A DNA stretch of 64,000 nt from Candidatus Nealsonbacteria bacterium (GCA_030628945.1 DAOVPY010000002.1:87831-151830), one strand, 5' to 3'; shown: positions 1 to 10,452, numbered from the stretch's first letter. Numbers and translations are program-made. Notes: a model not told the origin generated them from the sequence alone.

Positions 1-506
1 TTTATTCCCTGAACTTCTTTAATCGTCGCTCCGTTTATTTTTGAAAGGGCAAAATCTATGTTATCTTGTCCAACAAATTGACTGAATTTAACTAATTCTG
101 GTATTTCTTTCTGACGGATTTTGTATAATTCTCTACTCTTTTCAAAAATAGAGATTTCTTTTCCTATAACATCTTTTTCAATTCTCACTATCTTCAAACC
201 ATCTTTCTGTAATTCAAACTTATTGGAAAAAAATTTAATCAATCCATTACTTTTTTCAGGCAGTTTTACTTCATATCCCGCTTTTCTCATCTCCCAGCCA
301 ACAGCATTTTTAACTACATCATTATTTATTGTTCTTAATTTACCAGTATCTTTATTCAAATAATGAATATGTCCAACGTGAATGTGAGATTCTTTTTTGT
401 TACTTTCATTACTAAATATCTTCGTATTAAGACTACGACTTTCTGTTTCTTCGTGATAATCTCTGTGTTTTTCTAAAAATTCTTGTGCTGCTGTTAATTT
501 TTCCAT
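1..506 (-). CDS. Hypothetical phage protein (partial, runs off left edge)
   Basis: Read manually: ATG at 506-504 (MEKLTAAQEFLEKHRDYHEE...), open to position 1. Absent from the ORF track because it has no stop in the window. No motif recognised. Confidence 0.4.
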   Translation of the reverse strand, partial: MEKLTAAQEFLEKHRDYHEETESRSLNTKIFSNESNKKESHIHVGHIHYLNKDTGKLRTINNDVVKNAVGWEMRKAGYEVKLPEKSNGLIKFFSNKFELQKDGLKIVRIEKDVIGKEISIFEKSRELYKIRQKEIPELVKFSQFVGQDNIDFALSKINGATIKEVQGI

Positions 507-583
507 ACATAAAAATAAAGATAATTAGTTCCTAATCTCTGGCCCCAAGGAAACGCCAGAGTTAAAAACCAATTAACTGATTT

Positions 584-1111
584 TTAAGAAAGAGTAATTT
601 CCAATGTCAATTCCCACGTTTGGCCGGAAGCTTTTGTGCCCTGCGCTTCTACTTTTCGGTTCAATAAATCGCCAGCCGAAGCGGCATTCAACACGCCGAA
701 TTCGTTCCACGCTTGATTTGCGTCAGCAGATCCATAACTTGATTTCCAAGTCGCTTTCTGTGAAGTTCCGTAGGTCGGAAAGCCGCTCATCATTCCTTTC
801 TTAACGCCGGCGGTAAAAGTTGCTTCTGTATCAGTGGCGTTAGCCGCACCCGAGCCAGTCCCAACAATTAAATTGGCAAGGGCATTGCTAAACTGAACCC
901 CACCTGTTCCGCAAATAGTTTTCCAAATATCATTTATTCCTTCATTACAAAGGCAATTGCCGTCAATTTCTGTAAATTGCGGCGCGCCGAATAATCTTAA
1001 TGCTTCTGCTTTGGAATAAATCTTGCCTGCTTTTTTGTCGGCCTCTGAAGCCCATCTGCCAATCTTCCAAATCGCTTTTTCTAACATTTTTTCTATAAAT
1101 GCTTTATTCAT
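584..1111 (-). CDS. Hypothetical phage structural-module protein
   Basis: 175-aa ORF downstream of the capsid gene; Gly/Ser/Ala/Thr-rich; no motif recognised. Confidence 0.4.
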   Translation of the reverse strand: MNKAFIEKMLEKAIWKIGRWASEADKKAGKIYSKAEALRLFGAPQFTEIDGNCLCNEGINDIWKTICGTGGVQFSNALANLIVGTGSGAANATDTEATFTAGVKKGMMSGFPTYGTSQKATWKSSYGSADANQAWNEFGVLNAASAGDLLNRKVEAQGTKASGQTWELTLEITLS

Positions 1112-1113
1112 AT

Positions 1114-1269
1114 TTATTCCTCCTCTTCGAGCTGTCTCTCTATCTCTTTAGCTGATTCAATAAATTTCTTAGCTAAAGAAACAGGAATCTCCCGAAAAGC
1201 GTCAACGGCAGGATCATACATTGAAACCATTCTCTCTTTCTCCTGAATTTTTTCTTTTTTCTTTGACAT
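1114..1269 (-). CDS. Small hypothetical protein (51 aa)
   Basis: Found manually (MSKKKEKIQEKERMVSMYDPAVDAFREIP...QLEEEE). Its stop lies 2 nt before the next ATG. Preceded by the AAAGGTCGA motif. Confidence 0.3.
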   Translation of the reverse strand: MSKKKEKIQEKERMVSMYDPAVDAFREIPVSLAKKFIESAKEIERQLEEEE

Positions 1270-1347
1270 AATTCTAATTGATCCTATTTATTAATTATTT
1301 TTCGACCTTTTTTGTGGGCATTGATTCTTCCACTAAAAAGCCCGCAC

Positions 1348-1866
1348 TTAAAAAGCAGGCTCTTCTTTTTCGTTTGATAAATCCGATTTCTCTAAAGCCT
1401 CTATAATTTTTTCCTTGTCGGCCTTTTCCCCCACTTCAATATCTCGCGCTTCCGCAATCTCTTTTAATTCTTCTATCTTCATTTTAGAATAATCGGTTTT
1501 TTCCTCTTTCTTTCCCAAACCTTCACCTTCTTCCAGCGCTTTCTCTCTCCTCTCCAATTCCTTTTCCTTAGCTTTCAACTCTGCTGTTTTGGTGTCTAAA
1601 TCTTTAAACTTGTCATTCCTGGCCTTTGCCAAATCTTTATCTTTCACTTTAATAAAGTAACCCCCACAATCTCCGTGATTGTCTAAGAATTTAATTTCTT
1701 TCGGGTCGTCAGTTTCGTATACTCCTTCTTTAAACTGGATTGAGTTTCCCGGCATAGCTATAATTTTTCCATTCACTTCCTTGGTATAAGAAGATTTCAT
1801 AACTATTCTGAAATTCAAACCTTTTGAAATGTATTTTATTTTTTCTTTTTTTTGTTGTTCTGACAT
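1348..1866 (-). CDS. Hypothetical phage protein with C-terminal Rho_N/SAP-like helix-extended-helix motif
   Basis: C-terminus MKIEELKEIAEARDIEVGEKADKEKIIEALEK resembles Rho-N/SAP DNA/RNA-binding motifs. Sits just downstream of the capsid gene. Confidence 0.45.
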   Translation of the reverse strand: MSEQQKKEKIKYISKGLNFRIVMKSSYTKEVNGKIIAMPGNSIQFKEGVYETDDPKEIKFLDNHGDCGGYFIKVKDKDLAKARNDKFKDLDTKTAELKAKEKELERREKALEEGEGLGKKEEKTDYSKMKIEELKEIAEARDIEVGEKADKEKIIEALEKSDLSNEKEEPAF

Positions 1867-1994
1867 AACGTTTTTTTAATTATGTTTTATTTTTCGACCT
1901 TTTTTGTCATCTTTAATAATGTTCGCTTGTTGACGCCCTCGGGGGAAAAGCGTCAACTTCTTTCCCCGAGAAACGAACATCACAAGAAAAATGT

Positions 1995-3185
1995 TTAGGA
2001 ATTTAAAGTTGCTCCCTTCGTCATCATCGCATGACGCAACGCTTGTTCCATCATCAGTCCAATTTCACTCAAATATTCGTCTACTCTTTCATCATCTCCC
2101 CGGGCTTGACGATTAGTCAGAAGTTTGGTGTCTCTATTGCTCAAATAGCGATAAGTCAACATTTCCATATCAATCATAACAGCGTAGTTGCCGTATGGAG
2201 TTCCGGTCAATAATGGGTGTTTGATGATGTTAACCGTTCCGTGAGGTGAAACATATCTGGTAATGTTCAATCCGTAGACTTTTTCTTTGCTTAGAATTTC
2301 TAATTTTCCTTTGGCCCAACCGTTAATCATTGAAACCACTGCCGCTGAAGCGAAGAGATATTTCTCACAATTGCCATGAGCAAACGCGCTTTCCAACCAT
2401 GTCTCAAATTCAGCTTCGGTATCTACTCCCAGACTTTGAGCAGCGCCGCCGGTAAGAACCATATCTATTATCCCTTGAGTAGTCCTTAACGGATTGCCAA
2501 GCGCCCCGGTTAAAGCAGTTTGTCCTTTACTAAAGATAAAAGCTCTTTCTATGTCAACCATATGTTCAATTCCTTTCTTTCTTCTTTGATAGTCAAAGTC
2601 ATTCTCGTTAATTAAGGTCTTGGTGTTCTTGGCGGTCTCGGTAACTCCGAATGGAGTTCTGAAAATCTGACAATAACCATGCTTCAAAGCTGAGGCAGTT
2701 CCTTTGATGGCTCTCAACCCTGCTCCTTCCTCATTAGCATTACCGATAATCCAAATCGTGTCGCCGGCAAAATCAGTAGCGCCCGCTCCCGTATCTGCTC
2801 CTATTTCCGCGCCAACTACTACGGTGGTGGCGGTTACGGATGCTACCTTAAAAACCCAGCCATGTTCAGAATCTAAAACTATATCTCCTGCCTGAAAGTA
2901 ATTACCCTCGGGAGTAGTTACGGTAAAAGTTCCGCCAGTGTCCGGGTCCCAGTTTCCGGAAGCCACTACTGCGCTTCTCACTCCAAATGTGTCTTCATAC
3001 CAATCAAACTGAGGGTCAGTGGTTTCTTTCTTTTTCATTGCTTTTCCTTCTCCGGTGCACGACTTTCCAGCATTCGTCAAAATAGCCAATAAAGGATATT
3101 TGTTTACATCAAGCAAGCCAATAGTATCTTTCATGTCATATTTTCTTGCGGTTGCGTTTTCTGTGCTTCTTGAGTATGTAGGCAT
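1995..3185 (-). CDS. Major capsid protein (HK97-fold type)
   Basis: 396 aa directly after an acidic scaffold-like gene. N-terminal ...DVNKYPLLAILTNAGK..., size and position recall SU10/DUF5309-type major capsid proteins (from memory, not searched). Confidence 0.7.
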   Translation of the reverse strand: MPTYSRSTENATARKYDMKDTIGLLDVNKYPLLAILTNAGKSCTGEGKAMKKKETTDPQFDWYEDTFGVRSAVVASGNWDPDTGGTFTVTTPEGNYFQAGDIVLDSEHGWVFKVASVTATTVVVGAEIGADTGAGATDFAGDTIWIIGNANEEGAGLRAIKGTASALKHGYCQIFRTPFGVTETAKNTKTLINENDFDYQRRKKGIEHMVDIERAFIFSKGQTALTGALGNPLRTTQGIIDMVLTGGAAQSLGVDTEAEFETWLESAFAHGNCEKYLFASAAVVSMINGWAKGKLEILSKEKVYGLNITRYVSPHGTVNIIKHPLLTGTPYGNYAVMIDMEMLTYRYLSNRDTKLLTNRQARGDDERVDEYLSEIGLMMEQALRHAMMTKGATLNS

Positions 3186-3373
3186 TTCAGAATTAAGTTT
3201 CTTTCAATTTGTTAATCAGTAAACTAATCAACAAATTTCAAAAACTTATTTTCGTTTTTGAGAAGCTCGACTAAACTTCCCAGGGCGATTTGGATTATCT
3301 TTAGAGTTCTTTGCCAATGGCAAGCTCCTTAGGTCAAGGGGTGCTTTCCTCCCCCGTTTTTTTTATTAAATTA

Positions 3374-4258
3374 TTATAATCCTCCAAGTTCTCCGGTTTG
3401 AGATCGTTTCAACATCCCTGTCTTAATTTTTTCTTCTTCGGTTTCCGGAGCTCCGCCTGGCGCTGCTCCCGCGTTGGTCTCTATTTGCGCTTTCGCTTTC
3501 TTGATTTTTTCTTTTTCTTCTTCGTCTGGTGTTTTCTTGCCTCCCCCCACCAATTTATCTACTTTGGCGCAAGCTTCTTTAAGACTTATCGTTTTGTCTT
3601 TTGAGGCAGCTGCTACCACAATTGCCAGCGCTAATTCTGTATAATCATTATCTTTTTTAAGAAGAGGATGATCCTTTCGGGCTTCTGCTATTTCTGATTT
3701 CACACTGACTTTAATTTTGGAGCTGTCCGAATAAATCTTTTTTGCTATTGCCCCTGCCTTTGCCTCTGCTTTCTCATCTATTCTCTTATCAACCCATTCA
3801 GCGAATTTTTCCGGTGTCATTTTAGAAAAGTTAAGCTTATCTTCTTTTAAAATTTCTTTGAGCTCTTTTCCCTCTTCCTCTTTCTTCTCCTCCTCTTTTG
3901 TTTCCTTTTTTTTCTTTGTTATATTCTCAGCTTTTTCTTGGGCCTTTTTATCAATCATGCCCTCTAATTCCATATAGGATTTAGCGATATCCTTTGCCGA
4001 CTTGTCCTTAAACTTGTCGGGCATCTTAAATTGTTCGCTTCCCTCCTCAGTCCCTTCTTCTTTTTTTTCTTCAAATGGAACAAAGTTGCCTTCTCCATCC
4101 TCTAATGGTTCACCTGGATTGTCAGAATCTTCTTTGTATTTAACTCCATCTATTTCAACAGATTTTTCTTCTTCAGGAGTTTCTTCTGTGGTTTCTTCCT
4201 CTTCATCTTCCCCGGGATTATCGAGTTGGGATTTGAGTTCTTCGGTGTTATCCGACAT
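3374..4258 (-). CDS. Scaffolding protein candidate
   Basis: 294 aa, extremely acidic and Lys/Glu-rich, predicted helical. Lies between the portal-proximal genes and the capsid gene. Confidence 0.5.
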   Translation of the reverse strand: MSDNTEELKSQLDNPGEDEEEETTEETPEEEKSVEIDGVKYKEDSDNPGEPLEDGEGNFVPFEEKKEEGTEEGSEQFKMPDKFKDKSAKDIAKSYMELEGMIDKKAQEKAENITKKKKETKEEEKKEEEGKELKEILKEDKLNFSKMTPEKFAEWVDKRIDEKAEAKAGAIAKKIYSDSSKIKVSVKSEIAEARKDHPLLKKDNDYTELALAIVVAAASKDKTISLKEACAKVDKLVGGGKKTPDEEEKEKIKKAKAQIETNAGAAPGGAPETEEEKIKTGMLKRSQTGELGGL

Positions 4259-4298
4259 AAAATTATTAAAATAGTTAATTTATTAATTGTTTCGACCT

Positions 4299-4496
4299 TT
4301 ATACTTCTAATTGTCTTTTTATTTCCTCGGCCCTATCTCTTGCTGTCACCCAAGTTTTTTTCTTTCCTCTTTTAATCTTTTTTGATTTTTTTAATCTATC
4401 AATGCAAATCGCCCAAGCACTGCTGCCTTTCGGTAGCTCGCCGGCATCTATTTTCTCCTGAACCTCTTTTACACATTTGTCTAAAATTTTAGGCAT
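4299..4496 (-). CDS. Hypothetical small phage protein
   Basis: Start moved to the internal ATG (MPKILDKCVKEV...), 5 nt after the upstream stop. Confidence 0.4.
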   Translation of the reverse strand: MPKILDKCVKEVQEKIDAGELPKGSSAWAICIDRLKKSKKIKRGKKKTWVTARDRAEEIKRQLEV

Positions 4497-4500
4497 CTTT

Positions 4501-4743
4501 TTATTTTTTGGCTTCCAAAAATTCCTCAATGAAATCAAAGATTGATTCAAGGGCATTTAATTTTTCCCGATGCTCCAAATATTCCGCCGCTATTTCCTGA
4601 AGTCCTTTTTTCTCAATTGAAAAATCTCTAATCAAATCATACTCATCTTTGATTTCTCGTTTTATTCTTTGTTCTAAAATCTGCCACCCTTCGCTACGAA
4701 GCAAATCTTGAATCGCTTTTCTTTTTTCTATTTCGTCAACCAT
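4501..4743 (-). CDS. Hypothetical phage protein
   Basis: Start moved to the internal ATG (MVDEIEKRK...), 5 nt after the upstream stop. Confidence 0.4.
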   Translation of the reverse strand: MVDEIEKRKAIQDLLRSEGWQILEQRIKREIKDEYDLIRDFSIEKKGLQEIAAEYLEHREKLNALESIFDFIEEFLEAKK

Positions 4744-4747
4744 AAAT

Positions 4748-5050
4748 TTATCCTTTGGTTTCGGCAGGAAGCTCCACTCCATCTTCTTCTCCTAATCCAC
4801 CCAGTTTTAATTCACCGCTTTTTATCTTTTGAAGCACTTCTATTAAATCTCCCAGCGCTTTTTCAAAACTGACTGTTTTAACCTCGGGGTCACTATGCTC
4901 ATAGCCACCAGTGTAAGCCGTGCGAGCAGCCTGAACAGCGTCTGATACTTTATCCCATTTCTTATTTTTGTTCTCTTTAGCCTGGTCTTTTTTGAATTTA
5001 TTGAGGACAACATTCCCTGTTGTCTCTTTTTCTTTTTTTTCTTCTGCCAT
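4748..5050 (-). CDS. Hypothetical phage protein
   Basis: 100-aa ORF in the head module; AAAAGTCGA motif upstream. Confidence 0.4.
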   Translation of the reverse strand: MAEEKKEKETTGNVVLNKFKKDQAKENKNKKWDKVSDAVQAARTAYTGGYEHSDPEVKTVSFEKALGDLIEVLQKIKSGELKLGGLGEEDGVELPAETKG

Positions 5051-5093
5051 GATAATTAAAATTTATTTTAATTTTATTTTTCGACTTTTAATT

Positions 5094-5429
5094 TTAAGCA
5101 GGTTCTTCCGCGCCGTGAATGATCAATAGAGCGTCATCTGTCGCGGTTGCGTCTGTTATCACCATTTCTATTTTTTCTCCCGCCTCTAAATAAAGTTCAC
5201 CCAAATTTGGTATTCTTTCTAACTGTCCGGAAGTAGGATTAGCAGTAGTTTTATAAACTGTTTTCCCTCCTGCTTTAATTTCTATTCTGACACTCGCCAC
5301 TGTGCCGGTATAAGAGAAAGCAATATCAGTTATTCTCTGAATGCGGCCGGCCACGACCGCGGTAGAAGAAAGCGTATTTGTCCCTGCAGACAAATCAGTA
5401 TCTTCAATTTTTTGATGAGTTGCTTTCAT
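5094..5429 (-). CDS. Hypothetical phage protein
   Basis: 111-aa ORF in the head module; motif upstream. Confidence 0.4.
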   Translation of the reverse strand: MKATHQKIEDTDLSAGTNTLSSTAVVAGRIQRITDIAFSYTGTVASVRIEIKAGGKTVYKTTANPTSGQLERIPNLGELYLEAGEKIEMVITDATATDDALLIIHGAEEPA

Positions 5430-5471
5430 AAAAATTTTTATGAATTAATTATTTTAGATTGCTCGACTTTT

Positions 5472-6128
5472 TTAAGAATTATCTATGTCGTCTGCGCTTA
5501 AGCGCGGGAATGGTTTTTGAGCGTTCCATAAAAGGAATGCTCCAAAACATTCAACAGTCGGAGTTGTTCCGCCGGCCGTAGTTACCACTATCCTTAAATA
5601 TCTTTTGGTTCTTTTAATTTCCATCGTATAACTGTGGTCCGCGGCTACGGTTATTTCTGCCCCGCCGTCTGCTACGGCCGCACCTCCGAATGCTGAATCA
5701 TCATCTTCCTCAACTTTTATTTTTACTGATGTCGGGGTGCCTGTAATGTCTCCGATTTCTATTAAGGCTAAGGCGGTATCAAATGAAAGTGTCTCACTTA
5801 CGGTATAGAGTTTAAATCCCTCATTGCCATCAGAAAAGGCGTCCCAGGCTAATGTCAATTGGTCATCGCTGTCCTTGGCTATAACTTTGGCGTAAGTGTG
5901 GTCTGTCGTATTGTAAGCCACCATTCCGACATAATATTTCGCATCCTCTGTAAACACTCCTGTGTCGTGAAGTTTGTTCTCCACATTTGAATCTGCTGTT
6001 CCCGTAACAATTGCATTTGATAGAGATCTGGTCTCAATCGCACGTCCATTCAATGACCCAGTGCTGGGGATTATCTGAATTGGAATACTAATTGCTTTTA
6101 AAAAATTTTGTTCAAATAATTTTGGCAT
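5472..6128 (-). CDS. Hypothetical phage structural protein
   Basis: 218-aa ORF directly after the portal gene. Confidence 0.4.
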   Translation of the reverse strand: MPKLFEQNFLKAISIPIQIIPSTGSLNGRAIETRSLSNAIVTGTADSNVENKLHDTGVFTEDAKYYVGMVAYNTTDHTYAKVIAKDSDDQLTLAWDAFSDGNEGFKLYTVSETLSFDTALALIEIGDITGTPTSVKIKVEEDDDSAFGGAAVADGGAEITVAADHSYTMEIKRTKRYLRIVVTTAGGTTPTVECFGAFLLWNAQKPFPRLSADDIDNS

Positions 6129-6147
6129 ATTTTTGTTTTACTTTGTC

Positions 6148-7992
6148 TTAGATTATTTGTTTTTTCGACCTTTGTGCAATTTTCTTAATTAAAGGAATCT
6201 TGCCTTCTGGCATTAGCACTTCTTCCGAAGGCAATATTGGTTCTGGTTCTCTCGGCGGCAATACAACCGGCTTCAGCGCTTTTGGCTTTGGCTCCGGCCG
6301 TGATTCTTTTTCCTCTTCCTCCTCTTCTAATAAAAGATCTTCATATTGGCTTTTGTCGCATTCCTCCAAAATTAACTTCTGAAGAGTTCTTTTCCTGGTC
6401 TTCCATTTCTTTACTGATTCAGCGTCATTTAGGTCCGGTTTATCTTCTGCCACAAATATCTTATAAAGCAATAGCGCTTCATCCTTTCTCTGCTCTGGTG
6501 TTCTGTAGGGCTTCGGTTCAATCTCTACTCTGGCATCTACTTTTATTTTTTTATCTTTTTGCGTAAATTCCTTGAAATCTATTTCTTTGCCAACTAATCT
6601 GTAAGCTTTTTCTTTTGTCAAAAATTCTTGATTTAACTCAATCAGATTATTTACTAATCGAGTTGTTACAATTCCAAGCTGTCGCACCAATAAACTAAAT
6701 CTAATATTGGTCTGCATTAATAAGAGTTCCACTTTGCCCATTGGTTCTTGTTTTGATTTCGGCAGACCTGTTGCGTATTCTGAAATCGCCAGCGATGATT
6801 GAATTTCTTTTCTTAACAGATTATCTTTTTCTATCCATTGTTTGCTTATTTCGGGTGGTTTCTCTGTCACTACATCATCGACATTATCCAATTCCCAAAC
6901 CGCTCCTGGCTTATATTTAATATCATCAGCAACTAAGTGAGCTTTTTTCCTTAATTTCCGAACAGGATCAAGAGTGAAAACAATGTCGTCCATCGCTTGA
7001 TTTCTGGAATCTGCGATTTCAATAATGGTTGTTTCTACCGGCTCGATGTGTCCGATTGACCATAATTCCCAAAGCACAGCGTGGTCTGATAGTTTAAGAA
7101 AAGTCCTGCCGTTATTCACATTCTTATAGGGATTATCATCGTATCTAATTAGTTCCTCTTGGTTAACAATTACTAACAGCTTACCTTCCTCGTGGTCCCA
7201 AATTTGTAAAATCTCCAGTTTTTCTTCGGTTATCTTTTCTTCTGATTTTGTGCCTTCTTTTTCTCCGCCTTTCGCAATCTGCCCCATTTTTTTAGTATTA
7301 ATTTCGTATCTCTCTTTGCGCGGGTCATCAGTAATTTTTTTATTTTGGACTTTATCTAAATTACTATAAATCTTATTATTGCCTCTTTTCTTTTCTTCTT
7401 TTTCTAATTGCCCTTTTGTTTTGTAACTTAACTGAATTTCGTATCTGCTGTCTTTCTGCAGGTCGGTCGCTTCGGGGTCCGGATAGAAAAGCCAAAGGTC
7501 TTGAATCACTAAAAAGGGAGCGCCGTTATCCTCGTCATCCTTACTTGTGCCCCAAGTTAACTGAGCGACTCCATCTCCGAATTCTAATGTGGAATTAATC
7601 AAGTCAATCTTTTTGTCTGAAAACTCTATTGTATCTAAATTGTGTTTAATTAAATCGTCCCACGATTCTAATGATTTTGATTTTACATCTTTTTTAAATC
7701 GAGGTAGTATTCTCACATTTACCTTTGCCGCTGCTAATCTCGGTTTGACTGTTTCCACAATCTCAAAGGCAATCGGAGGCATTAGATTGGTATTATAAGC
7801 GTAGTTCGTCTTATCCCGATAGGCGCGATAAAGATAAGCCATCCGCAACCATTTCTCCTGGTATGGCTTGCGGAAATCTCTGGCTTTTTTGAATTTCTTT
7901 TTCCATTTATCAACAATCTCTTTTCTCTTTTTTTCATCTAAGCTATCGAGTGTTACTTGTTTTGTTATTTGTTTTGTTTTTTCTTTTGGCAT
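6148..7992 (-). CDS. Portal protein candidate
   Basis: 614 aa, first large gene after the large terminase. Size and position are typical; charged low-complexity C-terminal tail. No motif-level proof. Confidence 0.6.
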   Translation of the reverse strand: MPKEKTKQITKQVTLDSLDEKKRKEIVDKWKKKFKKARDFRKPYQEKWLRMAYLYRAYRDKTNYAYNTNLMPPIAFEIVETVKPRLAAAKVNVRILPRFKKDVKSKSLESWDDLIKHNLDTIEFSDKKIDLINSTLEFGDGVAQLTWGTSKDDEDNGAPFLVIQDLWLFYPDPEATDLQKDSRYEIQLSYKTKGQLEKEEKKRGNNKIYSNLDKVQNKKITDDPRKERYEINTKKMGQIAKGGEKEGTKSEEKITEEKLEILQIWDHEEGKLLVIVNQEELIRYDDNPYKNVNNGRTFLKLSDHAVLWELWSIGHIEPVETTIIEIADSRNQAMDDIVFTLDPVRKLRKKAHLVADDIKYKPGAVWELDNVDDVVTEKPPEISKQWIEKDNLLRKEIQSSLAISEYATGLPKSKQEPMGKVELLLMQTNIRFSLLVRQLGIVTTRLVNNLIELNQEFLTKEKAYRLVGKEIDFKEFTQKDKKIKVDARVEIEPKPYRTPEQRKDEALLLYKIFVAEDKPDLNDAESVKKWKTRKRTLQKLILEECDKSQYEDLLLEEEEEEKESRPEPKPKALKPVVLPPREPEPILPSEEVLMPEGKIPLIKKIAQRSKKQII

Positions 7993-8143
7993 AATTTTTC
8001 CAACAGAAAAAGGGCCACAACTTCTGGTCCTTAAAATTACCCCATTTCAAAAACGGGTTTAAGGACAGAAGTTGTAGCCCCGTGCTTTGCCGTCAGGCTC
8101 TTTCCTCTGCTTCTTTAATTTTAACAAATAAGAAAAATAGCTG

Positions 8144-8350
8144 TCAAGCCTCAATTTGTGGAAAACATTTATTTCCTTTCCCTGTATTTGATTCTACCGT
8201 CTCAGACCTGAACGCATAGCCATCTTGAACGTAAATAATAATCCTACCAAATTCCAATCGGCGAATATCTTCTTTTACTTTTTTAATAATCTGCTCCATT
8301 CTCTCTTTTCTTCTCTTTTTTCTCTCTTCTTTTGTTTGTTTATTCTTCAT
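8144..8350 (-). CDS. Hypothetical small basic protein
   Basis: 68-aa ORF overlapping the terminase stop by 11 nt. Confidence 0.3.
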   Translation of the reverse strand: MKNKQTKEERKKRRKERMEQIIKKVKEDIRRLEFGRIIIYVQDGYAFRSETVESNTGKGNKCFPQIEA

Positions 8351-9869
8351 AGCGCAATTTTTTTTCTAATGCGATTTTAAAATAAATTAAAGCGTGGAAA
8401 AAATCATCCTGGCCCAAACTCGCCCACTCCCGATGCTCCTCTCCAACCTTATCTGTTACTGTCCGGGAATATATTTTTTTCACGTGACTTATTAATTCAT
8501 CAATCCTCATATCTCCTCTCTGAAAATTAAACTTTATTTTCTTTCCCTTTCTTAAATCATCAATCAAAGCATCAATGATTCGGTTCCTATCTGTCAGCAC
8601 TTTTATTTCTTCCTCAAATTCTTTCGGCTTGTCGGTAAATTTTCCTTCGTCTCCGAATCTTATTATCGCTATCTTTTTCGGATCCTCTTTATACCAATTC
8701 ATATAAACTTTATAAGGAAATCTTTTTGCGAATTTTAACACGCTATTTGTATCATAATGAGCATCAATAACCACATATCTTCCCTCATAAACTTCTACTA
8801 ATTCGGCTAATCTGTCCCATTTATCTTTCCCCGGGCCATCTTCCAATTTAGCTATTCCGAATATCCCTTTTTCATTTCCAACAATCACATAGAGTTCTCT
8901 TAACTGAACGTCTACCCCTATCACGCAATCTTTCTCGTCGTTCTTTTCAGCAATCAGATTTTTCAGGATTAAACCGGCCGAGATTTGAGATTCAGGATTT
9001 AAATATTCTAACCCTAAAATGAAATTATAAAAGTATTGCTCGTCTTCCGCGTCTTCTAATTCCTTAATCAAATCCTTTGCGGTTCGATATGTTGCTATCA
9101 TCTGCGGTATCCAATATCCTGATATATTTCTGCCTGGATATTTTGCTTCCCATCGTCCGCTCCTGATTGTCTCCGGCGTCAACTCCAGATGACATTTCCG
9201 ACAAATGTATTTCTTAAAATCAAAATCTACATTCTTTTCCCATTCCATGTGCTGACAGCATCCACAATGAGGACAATTGAACCTCCAATATTTCTGGTCT
9301 GACTTTTTAAAAAGTGCGGCTATCCCGAAATCAGGAATGGTTGGCGTGCTCAAAGAAATTTTCGCACCAATTTTTGAGAAGCTCATTCGTGACGAATAAT
9401 CCCGAATAACCGCCGACTTACTTTTATCAACCTCATCATAAACATTCCTATCGCTTGAAATAATAATCGCCGCTCTCTCGGTAAAAGTTCCTTTATAATA
9501 AATAAATCCCTTGCCTATGCCTTTAATCTCAGTGCTATTTTTATCAAGGACAATCCCATTTACTCTGATTATTTTATCTACCTTGGTCGGCACAAACTCC
9601 CAAACATCTTTATCGCTTGGCAAAGTATGAATTTGATTGATTCCTAAATATTTTAAATCGTGCGCTTCTGTCAAAATAGCGTAAGTTGACACTCCGACCT
9701 GCGCCCCTTTCTTGACAACAATCTCCTTACTTTTATCCGCATAAATATCTAAAAGAAAACGGTGATCATCAAATTCAATTAGATCTCCCTTTTCATTTTT
9801 TATCTTGTCCTCCTTTATCCACGCCAGAGTGCTGGCTCTTTTGATATTTTCTTTTAATCTGTTGTTCAT
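8340..9869 (-). CDS. terL: Terminase large subunit (GpA-like)
   Basis: Walker-A-like KKGAQVGVST and a Cys4 zinc ribbon (CPHCGCCQ...CRKCH), as in lambda GpA-type terminases. Followed by the portal gene. Confidence 0.8.
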   Translation of the reverse strand: MNNRLKENIKRASTLAWIKEDKIKNEKGDLIEFDDHRFLLDIYADKSKEIVVKKGAQVGVSTYAILTEAHDLKYLGINQIHTLPSDKDVWEFVPTKVDKIIRVNGIVLDKNSTEIKGIGKGFIYYKGTFTERAAIIISSDRNVYDEVDKSKSAVIRDYSSRMSFSKIGAKISLSTPTIPDFGIAALFKKSDQKYWRFNCPHCGCCQHMEWEKNVDFDFKKYICRKCHLELTPETIRSGRWEAKYPGRNISGYWIPQMIATYRTAKDLIKELEDAEDEQYFYNFILGLEYLNPESQISAGLILKNLIAEKNDEKDCVIGVDVQLRELYVIVGNEKGIFGIAKLEDGPGKDKWDRLAELVEVYEGRYVVIDAHYDTNSVLKFAKRFPYKVYMNWYKEDPKKIAIIRFGDEGKFTDKPKEFEEEIKVLTDRNRIIDALIDDLRKGKKIKFNFQRGDMRIDELISHVKKIYSRTVTDKVGEEHREWASLGQDDFFHALIYFKIALEKKLRYEE

Positions 9870-10452
9870 AAAATTCCACTGCTTTTTTTAGTTCCGGGCT
9901 TACTTCGGTTGTCTGCTCTAATTCCACTTTACCTGAATACTCTGTTTTTGTTTTCTCAACCCAGCCCTCTACATACTGCATCCAAAATTTTACTTCCGCA
10001 GCGTTCCCTTCTCTTACTGCTGTCTGATATAAACCTAAAATAACATTCGGTGTCCGGCCCCTTACCCATTCTTTTGTTTCCTTTTTTACTCTATCCCAAA
10101 AATCTTCTCGCTTTTTCCAATCAGTTAAAGTATCCACTGAAACACTAAATCTTTTAGCAAAATCTGTTTGAGTTCTAATATTTTGAAATTCATCTGGAAT
10201 ATCATCCGGAGTAAAACCATATTTATCTAATCGCTCTTTTGTTGCTCGCCTTAGTAAAGAAGGCAAAGCCCACCATTTAATAAATGCTTCGTATTCCTTT
10301 TCTAAAATAGGTGGATTTTCTACATCTTTTTTGTCCTCTTTTTTATCACTCCGATTTTTTTTAGTTTCATTCTTAAAGGCACCTGATTTTTCGGATTCTT
10401 TCGGAGTGCTCTTTTTCCTCTTTTTTTGTTGTTCTTGTTTGCTCTTTTTCAT
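9793..10452 (-). CDS. Terminase small subunit candidate
   Basis: HTH-like FAKRFSVSVDTLTDWKK and ...REGNAAEVKFWMQYVEGW..., typical of small terminases. Lies immediately upstream of terL. Confidence 0.55.
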   Translation of the reverse strand: MKKSKQEQQKKRKKSTPKESEKSGAFKNETKKNRSDKKEDKKDVENPPILEKEYEAFIKWWALPSLLRRATKERLDKYGFTPDDIPDEFQNIRTQTDFAKRFSVSVDTLTDWKKREDFWDRVKKETKEWVRGRTPNVILGLYQTAVREGNAAEVKFWMQYVEGWVEKTKTEYSGKVELEQTTEVSPELKKAVEFYEQQIKRKYQKSQHSGVDKGGQDKK

